From assembly GCA_964431725.1 (NCBI GenBank), contig CAYSKG010000001.1, forward strand, positions 17,426 through 77,178: a stretch of DNA of 59,753 nucleotides. The letters are read 5' to 3'. This document shows, in pieces, positions 40,084 through 50,017 of the stretch. The number at the start of each line of letters is the position of its first letter. Position 1 is the first letter of the stretch. The stretch is from an uncultured Candidatus Bathyarchaeia archaeon. Lineage in GTDB: Archaea; Thermoproteota; Bathyarchaeia; Bathyarchaeales; DTEX01. The notes beneath the pieces are model-generated. The model had not been told where the DNA came from and searched no databases. It worked only from the letters and a program-made list of their open reading frames with translations. The translations under genes and the position numbers were made by a program.

Positions 40084-40575
40084 TTATGATTCTAATTTCT
40101 TTACGAATCTAATCCCATTTTTACCTTTACCATAATAGTTTCTAAGAGTTTTAAAGGACTTATAGCCGTGTTTAAGATAAAATTTTACTGCCGTAGCGTT
40201 ATTTTCATATGTTTCCAAATAGCATATTTTAGCTCCCATCTTTTTCAAAATCTTCTCAGCGGAGCTAAGTAGACGTGAACCTATGCCCCGCCCTCTGTAC
40301 TCTGATTTAACGTCTATGGAACATATGTGTCCAATTAAATCACCTTCAAACTCCTCTAGAGAGGTAATGATGAAGCCGACTATCCTGTTAGATGAAACTG
40401 CTACAAGCGTAATAAATTTAGGATCATCCATAATTCTCCTCATGTATGAAAAGGGAAACGCTTCCTCGTGGAAACATTCAATTTCTATCCTATAGAGGTC
40501 CTCTAAATCCCCTTTTTTAGCCTTCCTTATTAGAATAGGGATCTTTGACACAACAAACCTATATGTCTCTTCCAA
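40084..40575 (-). CDS. GNAT N-acetyltransferase (RimI-like)
   Basis: YRGRGIGSRLL acetyl-CoA motif A and NNATAVKFYLKHGY motif B. Confidence 0.8.
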   Translation of the reverse strand: MEETYRFVVSKIPILIRKAKKGDLEDLYRIEIECFHEEAFPFSYMRRIMDDPKFITLVAVSSNRIVGFIITSLEEFEGDLIGHICSIDVKSEYRGRGIGSRLLSSAEKILKKMGAKICYLETYENNATAVKFYLKHGYKSFKTLRNYYGKGKNGIRFVKKLES

Positions 40576-41051
40576 TATATGAAAATTTAAGATTTACCGT
40601 TAAATGTGGTGATCTAAAAACGAGGGGCATATACATTCTAGTAATATTAGTTAAGAAGCCAATAACTGCTAGAATCGGTTCTCTAGGCACTTTAATGTTT
40701 GACAGCGGCATTTACGCATATATTGGCTCAGCTCAAAACAATCTGGAGAAGAGAATAGCGCGTCACTTTAAAAGAAATAAAAAGAATTTTTGGCATATAG
40801 ATTATCTGCTTAAAAATGAAGATGTGAAGATAATTGATGTTCTTTATAAGGTAGCCCATAAGAGTGAGGAATGTGAAACGGCTAAAAAAATTAGTAATAT
40901 AGGTTTACCGGTAAAAAATTTTGGCTCCTCAGATTGCAAATGTGAAAGCCATTTCTTCAAACTAAGTAATTACGAAAAATTCAAAAGATTCGTAAAAAAG
41001 AACATGTTCCTAAACTTTCCATATAATTCAACCACCAGCTTAGGAAGTTAA
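40545..41051 (+). CDS. GIY-YIG-like nuclease, DUF123 family
   Basis: GIYIL...GIYAYIGSA...LEKRIARH...HWHIDYL pattern. The start is probably the ATG at about 40563 rather than 40545. Confidence 0.7.
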   Translation: MTQQTYMSLPIYENLRFTVKCGDLKTRGIYILVILVKKPITARIGSLGTLMFDSGIYAYIGSAQNNLEKRIARHFKRNKKNFWHIDYLLKNEDVKIIDVLYKVAHKSEECETAKKISNIGLPVKNFGSSDCKCESHFFKLSNYEKFKRFVKKNMFLNFPYNSTTSLGS

Positions 41052-41082
41052 GGAAGAAGAAAATTTTGGGTGAAATTAAAAA

Positions 41083-41367
41083 ATGAAGGTTAAAGTGAGA
41101 ATGCTGGGATTACTAAAAAAAGTTTACGGAAAAGATGAAATCTCAATTGAATTAAATGAAGGCTCAAATCTCAGAAATGTTATATCAAAAATAATTGAAG
41201 AATCAAGAGAGTTAAAGAATATTATATTGGATCCGGAGCTTAAAGATCCCCGTCCAAATACTATAATACTTGTTAATGGTAAGGAAATAAGTGTATTAGG
41301 CGGATTAGATGCTGAAATAAAGGATGGAGATGAAATAACAATAATACCGGTAATTCATGGTGGCTAA
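41083..41367 (+). CDS. MoaD/ThiS-family ubiquitin-like small protein (SAMP-like), C-terminal GG
   Basis: 94 aa. ILVNGKEI...IKDGDEITIIPVIHGG followed directly by the stop is the archaeal MoaD/SAMP pattern. Confidence 0.75.
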   Translation: MKVKVRMLGLLKKVYGKDEISIELNEGSNLRNVISKIIEESRELKNIILDPELKDPRPNTIILVNGKEISVLGGLDAEIKDGDEITIIPVIHGG

Positions 41368-41506
41368 TTAAAAATTAAGCCAGCTATCAGCTTCATATCA
41401 CGTTGAATCTCACGGAAATATCTTTGCTTCATTAACAGACTTTTCAATAAGCTTAAATTTCTTAAGATTCTAATAACTAAGCGTCTGTTAAAGGAGGAAG
41501 GAAAAA

Positions 41507-42595
41507 TTGATTGGTTTTTCAAGTTTAGCTTCCCTTCCACGTTTAAGAGATTACGTCAGCCGTAGAATTTCAAGCTACGATAAAACAGGTGGAAACCGTG
41601 ATGCCTGGTTGATCAAAGGAGGAGAAAAGAAGATAATAGCGAATATTGAAGGACCAGCTTGCATAAAGCATATATGGATGACGCTTGGAATTCCGCAAGA
41701 AGACTATTTGCGCAGAATAATACTAAGGTTTTATTGGGATGATTGTTCAGAACCTAGCGTTGAATGTCCAATAGGAGATTTTTTCGGTATGGGGCATGGT
41801 ATACGAAAAAACTTCGTTTCCCTACCACTTCAGATGAGCCCGCAAGATGGGAAAGGATTTAATTCATGGTGGCCCATGCCCTTCAAGAACAAAGCCATTA
41901 TAGAGGTTGAAAATCAAGGTGAAAAAGAGTACTGGCATTACTTTTATATTGACTATGAACTCTACAACTCCGTTAAAGCAGTTGAGGATTTAGCTTACTT
42001 CCACGTTCAATGGAGAAGAGAGATGGATACTAATGGATGGGCATATAGAGACAAACTGAGCCTTCAATCAATGATACGTGATCCTAGATGGTATAACACG
42101 GATGGAAAAGATAATTATGTGATTCTCGAGGCTGAAGGAAACGGAATCTACTGTGGTGCACATCTAGATATAGATTGTTTTCATAGAAATCCAAATGATT
42201 GGTATGGTGAAGGTGATGACATGATATTCATCGACGGAGAAGAGTGGCCTCCCTCTCTACATGGAACTGGAACGGAAGACTGGTTTAATTGCGCCTATTG
42301 CCCAAGACAAGAATATAACGCCCCATATCATGGAGTAATTCTATATAGTGGAACCAAGAGCTGGCCTTGGAGAGGCAAACAGACTGTTTACCGCTATTAC
42401 ATCGAGGATCCAATAAGATTTCACAAAAGCATAAAAGTTACGATTGAGCATGGTCATGCTAATGGTTTAAGTTTAGATATTTCAAGCACAGCCTATTATT
42501 ACCTGACGGAGCCCAAAAGAGGAGGGCCTCCCCTGCCGCTGGTTGAAGAAAGGCTGCCAAGGCCTGATGAAGAGATATACAAGCCTGAAAAATAG
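41507..42595 (+). CDS. DUF2961 / GH172-family protein
   Basis: RISSYDKTGGNRDAW...GPACIKHIWMT and GTGTEDWF motifs characteristic of DUF2961. Confidence 0.7.
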   Translation: MIGFSSLASLPRLRDYVSRRISSYDKTGGNRDAWLIKGGEKKIIANIEGPACIKHIWMTLGIPQEDYLRRIILRFYWDDCSEPSVECPIGDFFGMGHGIRKNFVSLPLQMSPQDGKGFNSWWPMPFKNKAIIEVENQGEKEYWHYFYIDYELYNSVKAVEDLAYFHVQWRREMDTNGWAYRDKLSLQSMIRDPRWYNTDGKDNYVILEAEGNGIYCGAHLDIDCFHRNPNDWYGEGDDMIFIDGEEWPPSLHGTGTEDWFNCAYCPRQEYNAPYHGVILYSGTKSWPWRGKQTVYRYYIEDPIRFHKSIKVTIEHGHANGLSLDISSTAYYYLTEPKRGGPPLPLVEERLPRPDEEIYKPEK

Positions 42596-42613
42596 AGACG
42601 TTTATCAGAGCGG

Positions 42614-43156
42614 TTACCAAGGTAGTTTACCATATTTTTTAACGTAGTTTACCAGCCCTCCGTTGACTAAAATTTCCAGTAATGCTGGCGGTATAGGCTT
42701 AAACTTGTAAACTTCATTTTTTGTCAGGTTCTTTATATATCCCTCAGAGAGGCTAGCTTCCAGCAAATCTCCATTTTCTATTTTATTAGTTTCTTTGCAT
42801 TCAATCACTGGCAATCCAATATTTATTGCGTTCCTATAAAATATTCGAGCAAAAGATTCCGCTATTATGGCGCCTATGCCTATATGTTTAAGAACTAACG
42901 GCGCCTGCTCTCGGCTTGATCCGCAACCGAAGTTTCTGCCAGCAACTATCAGGTCGTCTTTCTTAATTTTTTCAGCGAAACCCGGTATTAGTGCTTCCAT
43001 AGCGTGCTTTGAGAGTTCACCAATGTCGGTTATGCTTAGCTTATATTTACCCGCAATAATCAAGTCTGTATTTATATCGTTGCCAAACTTCCAGACTCTT
43101 CCTTTAATTTTTAAGTTCAAACTTAACTCACCACTCCTCCAACTTTTACGCATCAT
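42614..43156 (-). CDS. leuD: 3-isopropylmalate dehydratase / homoaconitase small subunit
   Basis: GRVWKFGNDINTD, GRNFGCGSSREQAP and FYRNAINIGLP motifs. Overlaps the large subunit by ATGA. Confidence 0.8.
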   Translation of the reverse strand: MMRKSWRSGELSLNLKIKGRVWKFGNDINTDLIIAGKYKLSITDIGELSKHAMEALIPGFAEKIKKDDLIVAGRNFGCGSSREQAPLVLKHIGIGAIIAESFARIFYRNAINIGLPVIECKETNKIENGDLLEASLSEGYIKNLTKNEVYKFKPIPPALLEILVNGGLVNYVKKYGKLPW

Positions 43157-44412
43157 TCTTTTAGTAATCTTCTTGGATCCGTTATTTTTCCTTCTAAAGC
43201 CGTTACAGCAGCTGTTGCAGGTGAAGCCAAATATATTTTAGCTTCCGTACTACCCATTCTACCCTTAAAGTTTCTATTAGAGGTTGATAAGCAAGTTTCT
43301 CCCGGAGCTAATATTCCTTGATGAGCGCCTGCACATGGGCCGCATCCAGGATTACAAACGATGCATCCAGCTTTAATGAAAATATCTATCAGCCCCTCTT
43401 TAAGGGCCTGTAGAAAGATTTTTCTTGAAGCTGGAATAACGATCATCCGAACGTTGCTATTAATTTTCTTTCCTTTGAGTATTTTAGCTGCAATTCTTAA
43501 GTCTTCCATCCGCCCGTTTGTGCATGAACCTAGAAATACTTGATCAACCTCCAGTCCTTCAACTTCCTTAACTGGCTTAACATTATCAACTGAATGTGGA
43601 CATGCGATTTGAGGTTCAAGATCGGAAATGTTTAGAATTATCTTTCTAGAGTACTCTGCATCTTCATCGCTTTTCAGATTTACATATCTGCTAATTCCCA
43701 AACTCTGCATATAATCTTTTGTCTTATCATCGGGCTCTATTATGCCCGTTTTCGCGCCCATCTCAACAGCCATATTACAGAGTGTTAGACGCCCATCGAC
43801 ACTCATGGACTTGACCGCTGACCCAGCGAATTCCACAGCCTTATATGTGGCTCCATCAGCTCCAACAACCTTAACGATTTTGAGTATTACATCCTTAGGT
43901 AGAACCATTGGCGGTAGCGAACCTTCTATTTCTACCTTAAGAGATTCTGGAACCTTGAACCATAATTTTCCAGATATGAAAACGGCTGCCATCTCGGTTG
44001 AGCCTATTCCGGTTGCGAATGCTCCTAAAGCGCCATAAGTACATGTGTGTGAGTCTGCACCCACAACTAACGCTCCAGGATAAACGAGTCCTGACTCAAC
44101 CATAAGCTGATGGCATATGCCGGAACCAACATCACAGATTCTTGCGCCATATTCATGTGCAAACTCACGCATTGTTTTATGAACTTTTGAAAAATTTTCG
44201 TTGGCACTTGGTGCAACATGGTCTATGACTAATACGATTTTTGTTGGATCCCAAAGCTTCTTTCCTCCCATCTCTCTGAAAGCTTCAATCGCTAGGAGAG
44301 CGGTTCCATCGTGGGCCATAGCAGCATTAATTTCAGCTACAACTATATCTCCGGCATAAGAATCTCTTTCAGAGGCTAGGCTGAATATTTTCTCTGAAAT
44401 TGTTTTACCCAT
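43153..44412 (-). CDS. leuC: 3-isopropylmalate dehydratase / homoaconitase large subunit
   Basis: Aconitase-family motifs DHVAP, GADSHT, LGSCTNGR and SNRNFKGRMG. Confidence 0.85.
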   Translation of the reverse strand: MGKTISEKIFSLASERDSYAGDIVVAEINAAMAHDGTALLAIEAFREMGGKKLWDPTKIVLVIDHVAPSANENFSKVHKTMREFAHEYGARICDVGSGICHQLMVESGLVYPGALVVGADSHTCTYGALGAFATGIGSTEMAAVFISGKLWFKVPESLKVEIEGSLPPMVLPKDVILKIVKVVGADGATYKAVEFAGSAVKSMSVDGRLTLCNMAVEMGAKTGIIEPDDKTKDYMQSLGISRYVNLKSDEDAEYSRKIILNISDLEPQIACPHSVDNVKPVKEVEGLEVDQVFLGSCTNGRMEDLRIAAKILKGKKINSNVRMIVIPASRKIFLQALKEGLIDIFIKAGCIVCNPGCGPCAGAHQGILAPGETCLSTSNRNFKGRMGSTEAKIYLASPATAAVTALEGKITDPRRLLKE

Positions 44413-44581
44413 TTTTGATCAACTTGACTTTAAAATGAAATAAAACGAACTAAAAAATTTTTAGCCAATCACTAAGCTGTAACGAAAAGCATGCACATCA
44501 TCAATTTAATTAATTTGAGAACCAGTATTTTTCATGTTCCTAATCTAGGAAACATTCAGATAAAATCTCGAAGATCAGCTG

Positions 44582-45310
44582 CTACTTTTTCTTCTTTCTG
44601 CCAGTTCTTTTAGCTGCTATTAATCCAACTTTTTTCCCTGGCGGTGCATTACGTGAAACAGTTGTGACTTTCCTAGCGCTTCTCCTACCACTTCCAAAAG
44701 GATGCACTGCCGCTATCATTGCTCTACCACGAACTCTCGGATATTTATGACCTTTCGCTACCATCCAATGGAATTTTGCTCCAGCCTTTACAAAAGGTTT
44801 TTCTGTGCGTCCGGAAGCCGCTACAACACCGATGGTTGCTAAACATAGGTCGTTCACGTAACGAGTTTTACCTGAAGGTAAAGATATTATCGTTCCCTCA
44901 GGGGTGTGGGACGTAATTGTTGCATAAGTTCCTGAGGAACGAACCAACTTGCCTCCATCACCTGGTAGTAGCTCTATATTACATATTGTTGTCCCCTCGG
45001 GGATCAAACCTACCGGAAGAACATTACCAATACTTATTGATGCTTTCCCACCAACTTCTATTATTTGTCCTTCATGAATCCCTTCTACAGCTACGGTATA
45101 ATATCTTTCTCCGGTCTCAAGCTCTATGTATGCCAGAGGCGCCCCTCTGCCTGGTTCATGAGTTAATTCAAGAACTTGTCCCTTTAAAACTTTATTCACA
45201 ATATCCTTTGATAAATTAGGATATCTTGCTGGCGCTATACGTTTGTGAGTTGAAGCCTTAAATGTTGGGGAGCCTCTACCTCTCCTTTGTACTAATATTC
45301 TTTTTCCCAT
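44582..45310 (-). CDS. rpl2: 50S ribosomal protein L2 (uL2)
   Basis: MGKRILVQRRGRG...GRAMIAAVHPFGSG pattern, at the end of the L3-L4-L23-L2 cluster. Confidence 0.95.
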   Translation of the reverse strand: MGKRILVQRRGRGSPTFKASTHKRIAPARYPNLSKDIVNKVLKGQVLELTHEPGRGAPLAYIELETGERYYTVAVEGIHEGQIIEVGGKASISIGNVLPVGLIPEGTTICNIELLPGDGGKLVRSSGTYATITSHTPEGTIISLPSGKTRYVNDLCLATIGVVAASGRTEKPFVKAGAKFHWMVAKGHKYPRVRGRAMIAAVHPFGSGRRSARKVTTVSRNAPPGKKVGLIAAKRTGRKKKK

Positions 45311-45342
45311 GCTTTATTCAACTCCCATTACTCTTCATATGA

Positions 45343-45603
45343 TTAAATTATGCCTAATCTAACCGCTAGATCAGTTGCACTATGCTCTGGAGATAGCTTC
45401 ACGAAAGCTTTTTTAGTGCCTTCTCTAGTTATTAGCACGTTCACTTTTTCAACCTTAACTTGATATAGCTCTTCAACCGCTCTTTTTATATCTTTCTTAG
45501 TTGCCTTAAGATTCACGATGAAAACTATCTTGTTTTCTTTTTCGATCATTCGACTTGTAACTTCAGTTATGAGAGGGTAGATGATAACTTCATGAGGATC
45601 CAT
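45343..45603 (-). CDS. rpl23: 50S ribosomal protein L23 (uL23)
   Basis: 86 aa. [30 protein letters not shown] pattern, positioned between L4 and L2. Confidence 0.9.
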   Translation of the reverse strand: MDPHEVIIYPLITEVTSRMIEKENKIVFIVNLKATKKDIKRAVEELYQVKVEKVNVLITREGTKKAFVKLSPEHSATDLAVRLGII

Positions 45604-45605
45604 GT

Positions 45606-46394
45606 TTAATCACCCCATCCTAGTAAACTCAGTTTCTTTAGTTCTTTAATGCTTGAGCTAGTCCAAAGGGTTAATCTTCCAGGATGAGTTCCAGGAGCTA
45701 AAAGTTCAGGGTTCAAATCCCTAACATTAACAACGTCTACTCCTGGAAAGTTTCTGGCTGCTCTAAATATTCCATTTTTTCTAGAGACGACAATTAGCGG
45801 GCCAACAGCCATCTTAATCTTTCTGCCACGCATTTTACCTTTTCCACTTCTAACTTTAATGCTCTCCTTAACTCTTTCGATATCCGACCAGACGCCAAGA
45901 TTTACAAGTACATTCTTAAGATCCTTCGCTCTACTTATGCTTTCAAGATCATCAGTTACAATTAATGGTATATCAGGGACGCTATCAACTATGTGTCCTC
46001 TAGCCCTAACTATCTCTTTTGAGGCTGTTGCAGCTATTGCTGAGAGAAGGGCTAAACGTCTTTCTTTCTTTGGAATCTTCTTGTAAATTTTTTTCTCAAC
46101 TACTGGTGGATGGGCTAAACGCCCACCAACCGTTCCGGGAGCGAGGGCAGCTCTTCTACTACCTTTTATGCGTGGAACTCTGGAGATTCCATACCCAGCT
46201 CCCCAAGACTCTGCTGTTGTTCTTTTTCCAGCGTAGGGATCCCTACCTTTAGGTTGAAAGCGATGGGACTGGATGGCTATGACAGCCCGCTTTATAACGT
46301 CTGGTCTAAATGGGGTTCTAAAAGCATTTGGTAAGCGGATTCTACCAATCTGTTTTCCGTCAAGATTAAAAACTTTAGCATAAATTTTAGCCAT
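45606..46394 (-). CDS. rpl4: 50S ribosomal protein L4 (uL4)
   Basis: [10 protein letters not shown]...[19 protein letters not shown] pattern; position in the cluster. Confidence 0.9.
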   Translation of the reverse strand: MAKIYAKVFNLDGKQIGRIRLPNAFRTPFRPDVIKRAVIAIQSHRFQPKGRDPYAGKRTTAESWGAGYGISRVPRIKGSRRAALAPGTVGGRLAHPPVVEKKIYKKIPKKERRLALLSAIAATASKEIVRARGHIVDSVPDIPLIVTDDLESISRAKDLKNVLVNLGVWSDIERVKESIKVRSGKGKMRGRKIKMAVGPLIVVSRKNGIFRAARNFPGVDVVNVRDLNPELLAPGTHPGRLTLWTSSSIKELKKLSLLGWGD

Positions 46395-46413
46395 ATGCTA
46401 TTTTCCCCCGTTT

Positions 46414-47433
46414 TTAAACACCTTGCTGAGAATGCAGAGAGATAAACGTAATCTGTGGAGGATTTTCACTCACTCTTTTTGGTGGACGAACTGGATATCT
46501 TAACCTTATCAATCTTTTAGCTGGTCCTGGAACACTTCCACTCAATAGTAAGTATGGGCCTCTAACTAAACCATAACGGAGGAATCCGCCCTTAGGTGTA
46601 ACTTCCTCACCGTTCTTCCCAATCTTTATTATGCGCTTATTATATTCTGTTCTCTGATGATAACCCATCTGCCCAGCTCTTGGAACAGAATATGTAACTC
46701 TCTTCATGCCCCATGCACCCAATGTCCCAACTCCACGTTTAGTTTTGCGGCTCTTATGTTGTAGAATTCTCACTCCCCATCTCTTAACTGGCCCTTGAAA
46801 ACCTTTGCCTTTTGTTATTGCAACAACATCTACAAACTGTCCTTCCTTAAAAATCTCTTCAGCTGAAATTGTTTTACCTAAAATGCTCTTGGCGTACTCA
46901 AATTGTTCTTCAATTGTTCCTCCACCAATCTTAATTTCCATCAAATCTGGTTTTTTCTTTGGAACCCCTGCTAACCTCGGTTGTGTTGCAGCTAAAACCC
47001 TAAATTCGGCGATTCTATTTAATGAACCTCTAATCTTCTTTAGGTTTTCTTTAATCTTTTCTTTGCTGGCTTCTTTAGGGAGAACTATAACTCTTTCAAA
47101 ATCTTTAGGTAAAGGATTAGCCCAAACCTCAGTTAATGTTTTAAGCCCATATTCATCTTTTATGTATGCGCGGATTGCAGCTACATACATTGGAGGAGCA
47201 TCAATCACGGTCACAGGCTGAACAACTTCTTTACCAAAGTTTGGTGACCCCGGCTCATCATCAATAACTATTGCATAGGTCATACCAGCCTTATAGCCGG
47301 CAAAACCCAGTAATATGGGTCCCTCTTTAACTTCGGGCCAATATCGTATCCGTCCAATTGGACGTGAAGCCCTACCCCTAGGTAAATAAGCTAATGAACC
47401 TCTCTTAGGAGCGTTAACCTTTCTATGACCCAC
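46414..47433 (-). CDS. rpl3: 50S ribosomal protein L3 (uL3)
   Basis: HRKVNAPKRGSLAYLPRGRA N-terminus and TKGKGFQGPVKRWG motif. Confidence 0.95.
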   Translation of the reverse strand: MGHRKVNAPKRGSLAYLPRGRASRPIGRIRYWPEVKEGPILLGFAGYKAGMTYAIVIDDEPGSPNFGKEVVQPVTVIDAPPMYVAAIRAYIKDEYGLKTLTEVWANPLPKDFERVIVLPKEASKEKIKENLKKIRGSLNRIAEFRVLAATQPRLAGVPKKKPDLMEIKIGGGTIEEQFEYAKSILGKTISAEEIFKEGQFVDVVAITKGKGFQGPVKRWGVRILQHKSRKTKRGVGTLGAWGMKRVTYSVPRAGQMGYHQRTEYNKRIIKIGKNGEEVTPKGGFLRYGLVRGPYLLLSGSVPGPAKRLIRLRYPVRPPKRVSENPPQITFISLHSQQGV

Positions 47434-47756
47434 GGATTTTCAATCCCCTTTCTTAATTTTTCCTTTAATTTTCTCTTTTAGTCTCTCATCAAATAAGAGA
47501 AATAAGTTATAAACCTTTCTCTTGAAATAATAGCGGATCTAATCAAAGATTGGAAAGATCCGTCAAAAGAAAATTATTTTGTGATAATTTTGTGCGAGAA
47601 TTTAACTATGTAAACGATAAATCGAAACAAAAAATATGCCTAGAAACAACCGATGATTAAAGCTTCATGGCGGAATCAAGTGGTTGATGAAAAAGGCAGA
47701 TCTTGGATTTATCTGATGCATCTTTTAAATAAACAATGGAAAAATAATCTATTTGG

Positions 47757-48632
47757 GTGAATAAAAATTTGAAGATTCCAGAGGCTCTTTTAAGAGATAA
47801 AATCAAGTTATTCCTTGAGGAAGATGTAGGTTTAGGCGATATAACCAGTAATATGGTGATTCCCCCTGAAACTAGAGTGCGTGCGCAAATAATTGTGAAA
47901 GAAGCGGCGGTTATAGCCGGATTGCATGAGCTAAAAACGCTCTTCAACATGATTGGCGCGAAAATGTTATGCTTCGTTAACGAAGGGGATGAAGTGTCTC
48001 CCAATACTGTTATTGCCGAAGTTAGAGGTGATGGAAGAGCGATCCTAGAGGCTGAAAGAACCGCGTTGAATATTCTTTCGCGAATGAGTGGAATAGCTAC
48101 GGCTACAAGAAAAATGCTAAAAAAGATTAGAGACGTCAATCCAGATGCTCGGATAGCGGCAACTAGAAAGACCGCTCCTGGACTGCGCTATTTTGATAAA
48201 AGAGCTATTATAATAGGTGGAGGAGACCCGCATCGTTTTAGACTTGATGATCAAATATTGATCAAAGATAATCACATAGCGATCATCGGTAGTATAGAAG
48301 AGGCTTTGAAAAGAGCTCGCTCATTAGCGAGCTTCTCAAAAAAAGTAGAAGTCGAAGTTAAAACCCTAAAGCAGGCAATAGAGGCGGCTTCTCTAGGAGC
48401 CGACATAATAATGCTGGATAACATGACTGTTAACGAGGTCCGTGAAGTGATGGAAAAATTAAAAAATCTTAATCTCCGCAATAAAGTTCTTATTGAGGTT
48501 TCTGGCGGAATAACTGAAGAAAATATTAGGGAATACGCTAGACTCGGACCGGATGTGATCTCAGTTGGCGCTCTTACTCACTCACCTAAATCTATTGACG
48601 TAAGTTTAGAAGTCATTGAAGTTGAAAATTGA
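47757..48632 (+). CDS. nadC: Nicotinate-nucleotide pyrophosphorylase (carboxylating)
   Basis: GDITS, ERTALNILSRMSGIAT, TRKTAPGLR, IMLDNM and EVSGGI motifs. Confidence 0.85.
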   Translation: MNKNLKIPEALLRDKIKLFLEEDVGLGDITSNMVIPPETRVRAQIIVKEAAVIAGLHELKTLFNMIGAKMLCFVNEGDEVSPNTVIAEVRGDGRAILEAERTALNILSRMSGIATATRKMLKKIRDVNPDARIAATRKTAPGLRYFDKRAIIIGGGDPHRFRLDDQILIKDNHIAIIGSIEEALKRARSLASFSKKVEVEVKTLKQAIEAASLGADIIMLDNMTVNEVREVMEKLKNLNLRNKVLIEVSGGITEENIREYARLGPDVISVGALTHSPKSIDVSLEVIEVEN

Positions 48633-48649
48633 AGAGTTCAGCAAGGTTT

Positions 48650-49843
48650 TTACAATTCCTTTAATATTTTAACTACATCTGATGCTGGTGCATCAGTTTT
48701 TATTCCTCTTTCATGAAAATGTGTGCGTACGGCTCTAAAGCCCTTCCTTCTAATGCTCTCAATAACCTTTTTTATCGATGGTGTAGGAATGTTTAGCTTG
48801 TCGCAGATTTTATCGATAACATAGTAGGTGGCTGGAGCGTCAACCTCATTTTTGATCATTAATATGATTTTGACGGCTTCTTTACTGATGTAGGATGAGG
48901 TTTTTAGATTTTCTTCCATAAGCTCACAAATTTTCCCGTCAACTATTCTTCCAAGCCATAATGGTCCGGCGGCTCTCAGAGTAGAACCGCATTTAACACA
49001 TTTGATTTCCCTGTTTATTAGAGGTATACCGTAGTGAAGTTCCCTATGAAAACACTTAAAGCAATGAAGTATGTAACCCATTTTCTCTAATGTTTTATCT
49101 GCTTCTTTGGCACCATAGTTAATTAATGCGTATAGGCGAGTGTAATGATGTGTGCTGTGGCTAAATAATACTTCTATGCCAATGTTATGTTTGGCGGCTG
49201 CCGTTGCTAAGCATCCAGCTAAAAGTCTTACAGCAATTTCGTGGCAATATTCGGTTCTCAAAGATATGCCCCCGTATTTTCTGAGTGCAACTTTTGGGTA
49301 AACACCGCATAGGGGGGCCATATCTGTAGCTGTTAGGGCCAGTAATCCCCCGTCTCTTAACGATCTAATGGCAGAATCAATGTATGAAACTGGGGATCCG
49401 AAAGGATCTATATCTACGAAATCGAATCTTCTTTTCGGCGTAGCATATTTGGATAGAAATAGATTTGCATCTTCATTTGCCACAAATACTTGATGAGCAA
49501 GATTATTCAATTGAACGTTGTATCGAGCCATTTCGTATGCTCTCTTATTTATATCGTTAATATAAACTGCATTGACTCCTTTAACCTCCTTGGCGAAACG
49601 TATCCCCCTAATTCCGCAACCAGTCAAAGGTTCAGAGATATTCAATTCTCTTTTTACGAATCTTTGATAAGATTTGAGAGTTAGAACCGCTATATCTCGG
49701 CAAGTCTTCATAAGGGGATTGTAAAAGACTGGTGCTCTAGAAGGAGCGTAGTCCCAAAATCCCCTCTTAAAACATTCAAGTTTAGGAACAGCTACTTTAA
49801 CCATGCCCTCACGGATAATTTCTACTGGAAAGTCAAAGCCCAA
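48650..49843 (-). CDS. trm1: tRNA (guanine26-N2)-dimethyltransferase
   Basis: FYNPLMKTCRD, GCGIRGIRFA, DIDPFGSP and a Cys-cluster C-terminal domain. Confidence 0.85.
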   Translation of the reverse strand: MGFDFPVEIIREGMVKVAVPKLECFKRGFWDYAPSRAPVFYNPLMKTCRDIAVLTLKSYQRFVKRELNISEPLTGCGIRGIRFAKEVKGVNAVYINDINKRAYEMARYNVQLNNLAHQVFVANEDANLFLSKYATPKRRFDFVDIDPFGSPVSYIDSAIRSLRDGGLLALTATDMAPLCGVYPKVALRKYGGISLRTEYCHEIAVRLLAGCLATAAAKHNIGIEVLFSHSTHHYTRLYALINYGAKEADKTLEKMGYILHCFKCFHRELHYGIPLINREIKCVKCGSTLRAAGPLWLGRIVDGKICELMEENLKTSSYISKEAVKIILMIKNEVDAPATYYVIDKICDKLNIPTPSIKKVIESIRRKGFRAVRTHFHERGIKTDAPASDVVKILKEL

Positions 49844-50017
49844 ATAAATCCCTCACATCTATATTTTTAATCTAGCTACTTCATAATTAACTTCATCAGT
49901 TTTCCTTTCCTCATGTAACAGAGCACCTATCCCATGTCTCAGTTAAAAATGTGGTAGGGTTAAACTTTTATAGTATATCCTTAATTTTGATATTTTGGGC
50001 AATGGTGAGAAAGGTAA

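Noticed and set aside
44719-45219. Plus-strand ORFs (65 and 100 aa) inside rpl2.
   Set aside because: They are antisense shadows of a highly conserved ribosomal protein gene. The same reasoning applies to 45859..46252 (in rpl4), 46805..47221 (in rpl3), 8972..9358 (in nadE), 4031..4783 (in tyrS), 13141..13563, 22803..23564 (in purA) and similar track entries.
47534-47562. 7-bp hairpin (CGGATCT...AGATCCG, 15-nt loop) about 100 nt upstream of rpl3, considered as an r-protein autoregulatory leader.
   Set aside because: It is a single short stem in AT-rich sequence. I cannot assess conservation, and no similarity to a 23S rRNA binding site can be shown by eye.
47650-47720. C/D-box sRNA-like motifs (GATGAT, TGATGA ... 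CTGA) in the rpl3/nadC spacer.
   Set aside because: The first box is not a proper RUGAUGA. The spacing between TGATGA and CTGA is 22 nt, against roughly 12 nt for archaeal guides. No terminal stem or D'/C' pair is present.
47657-48139. 160-aa minus-strand ORF.
   Set aside because: It lies antisense to the well-supported nadC gene and extends into the promoter spacer. Its composition is low-complexity. It is a shadow ORF.
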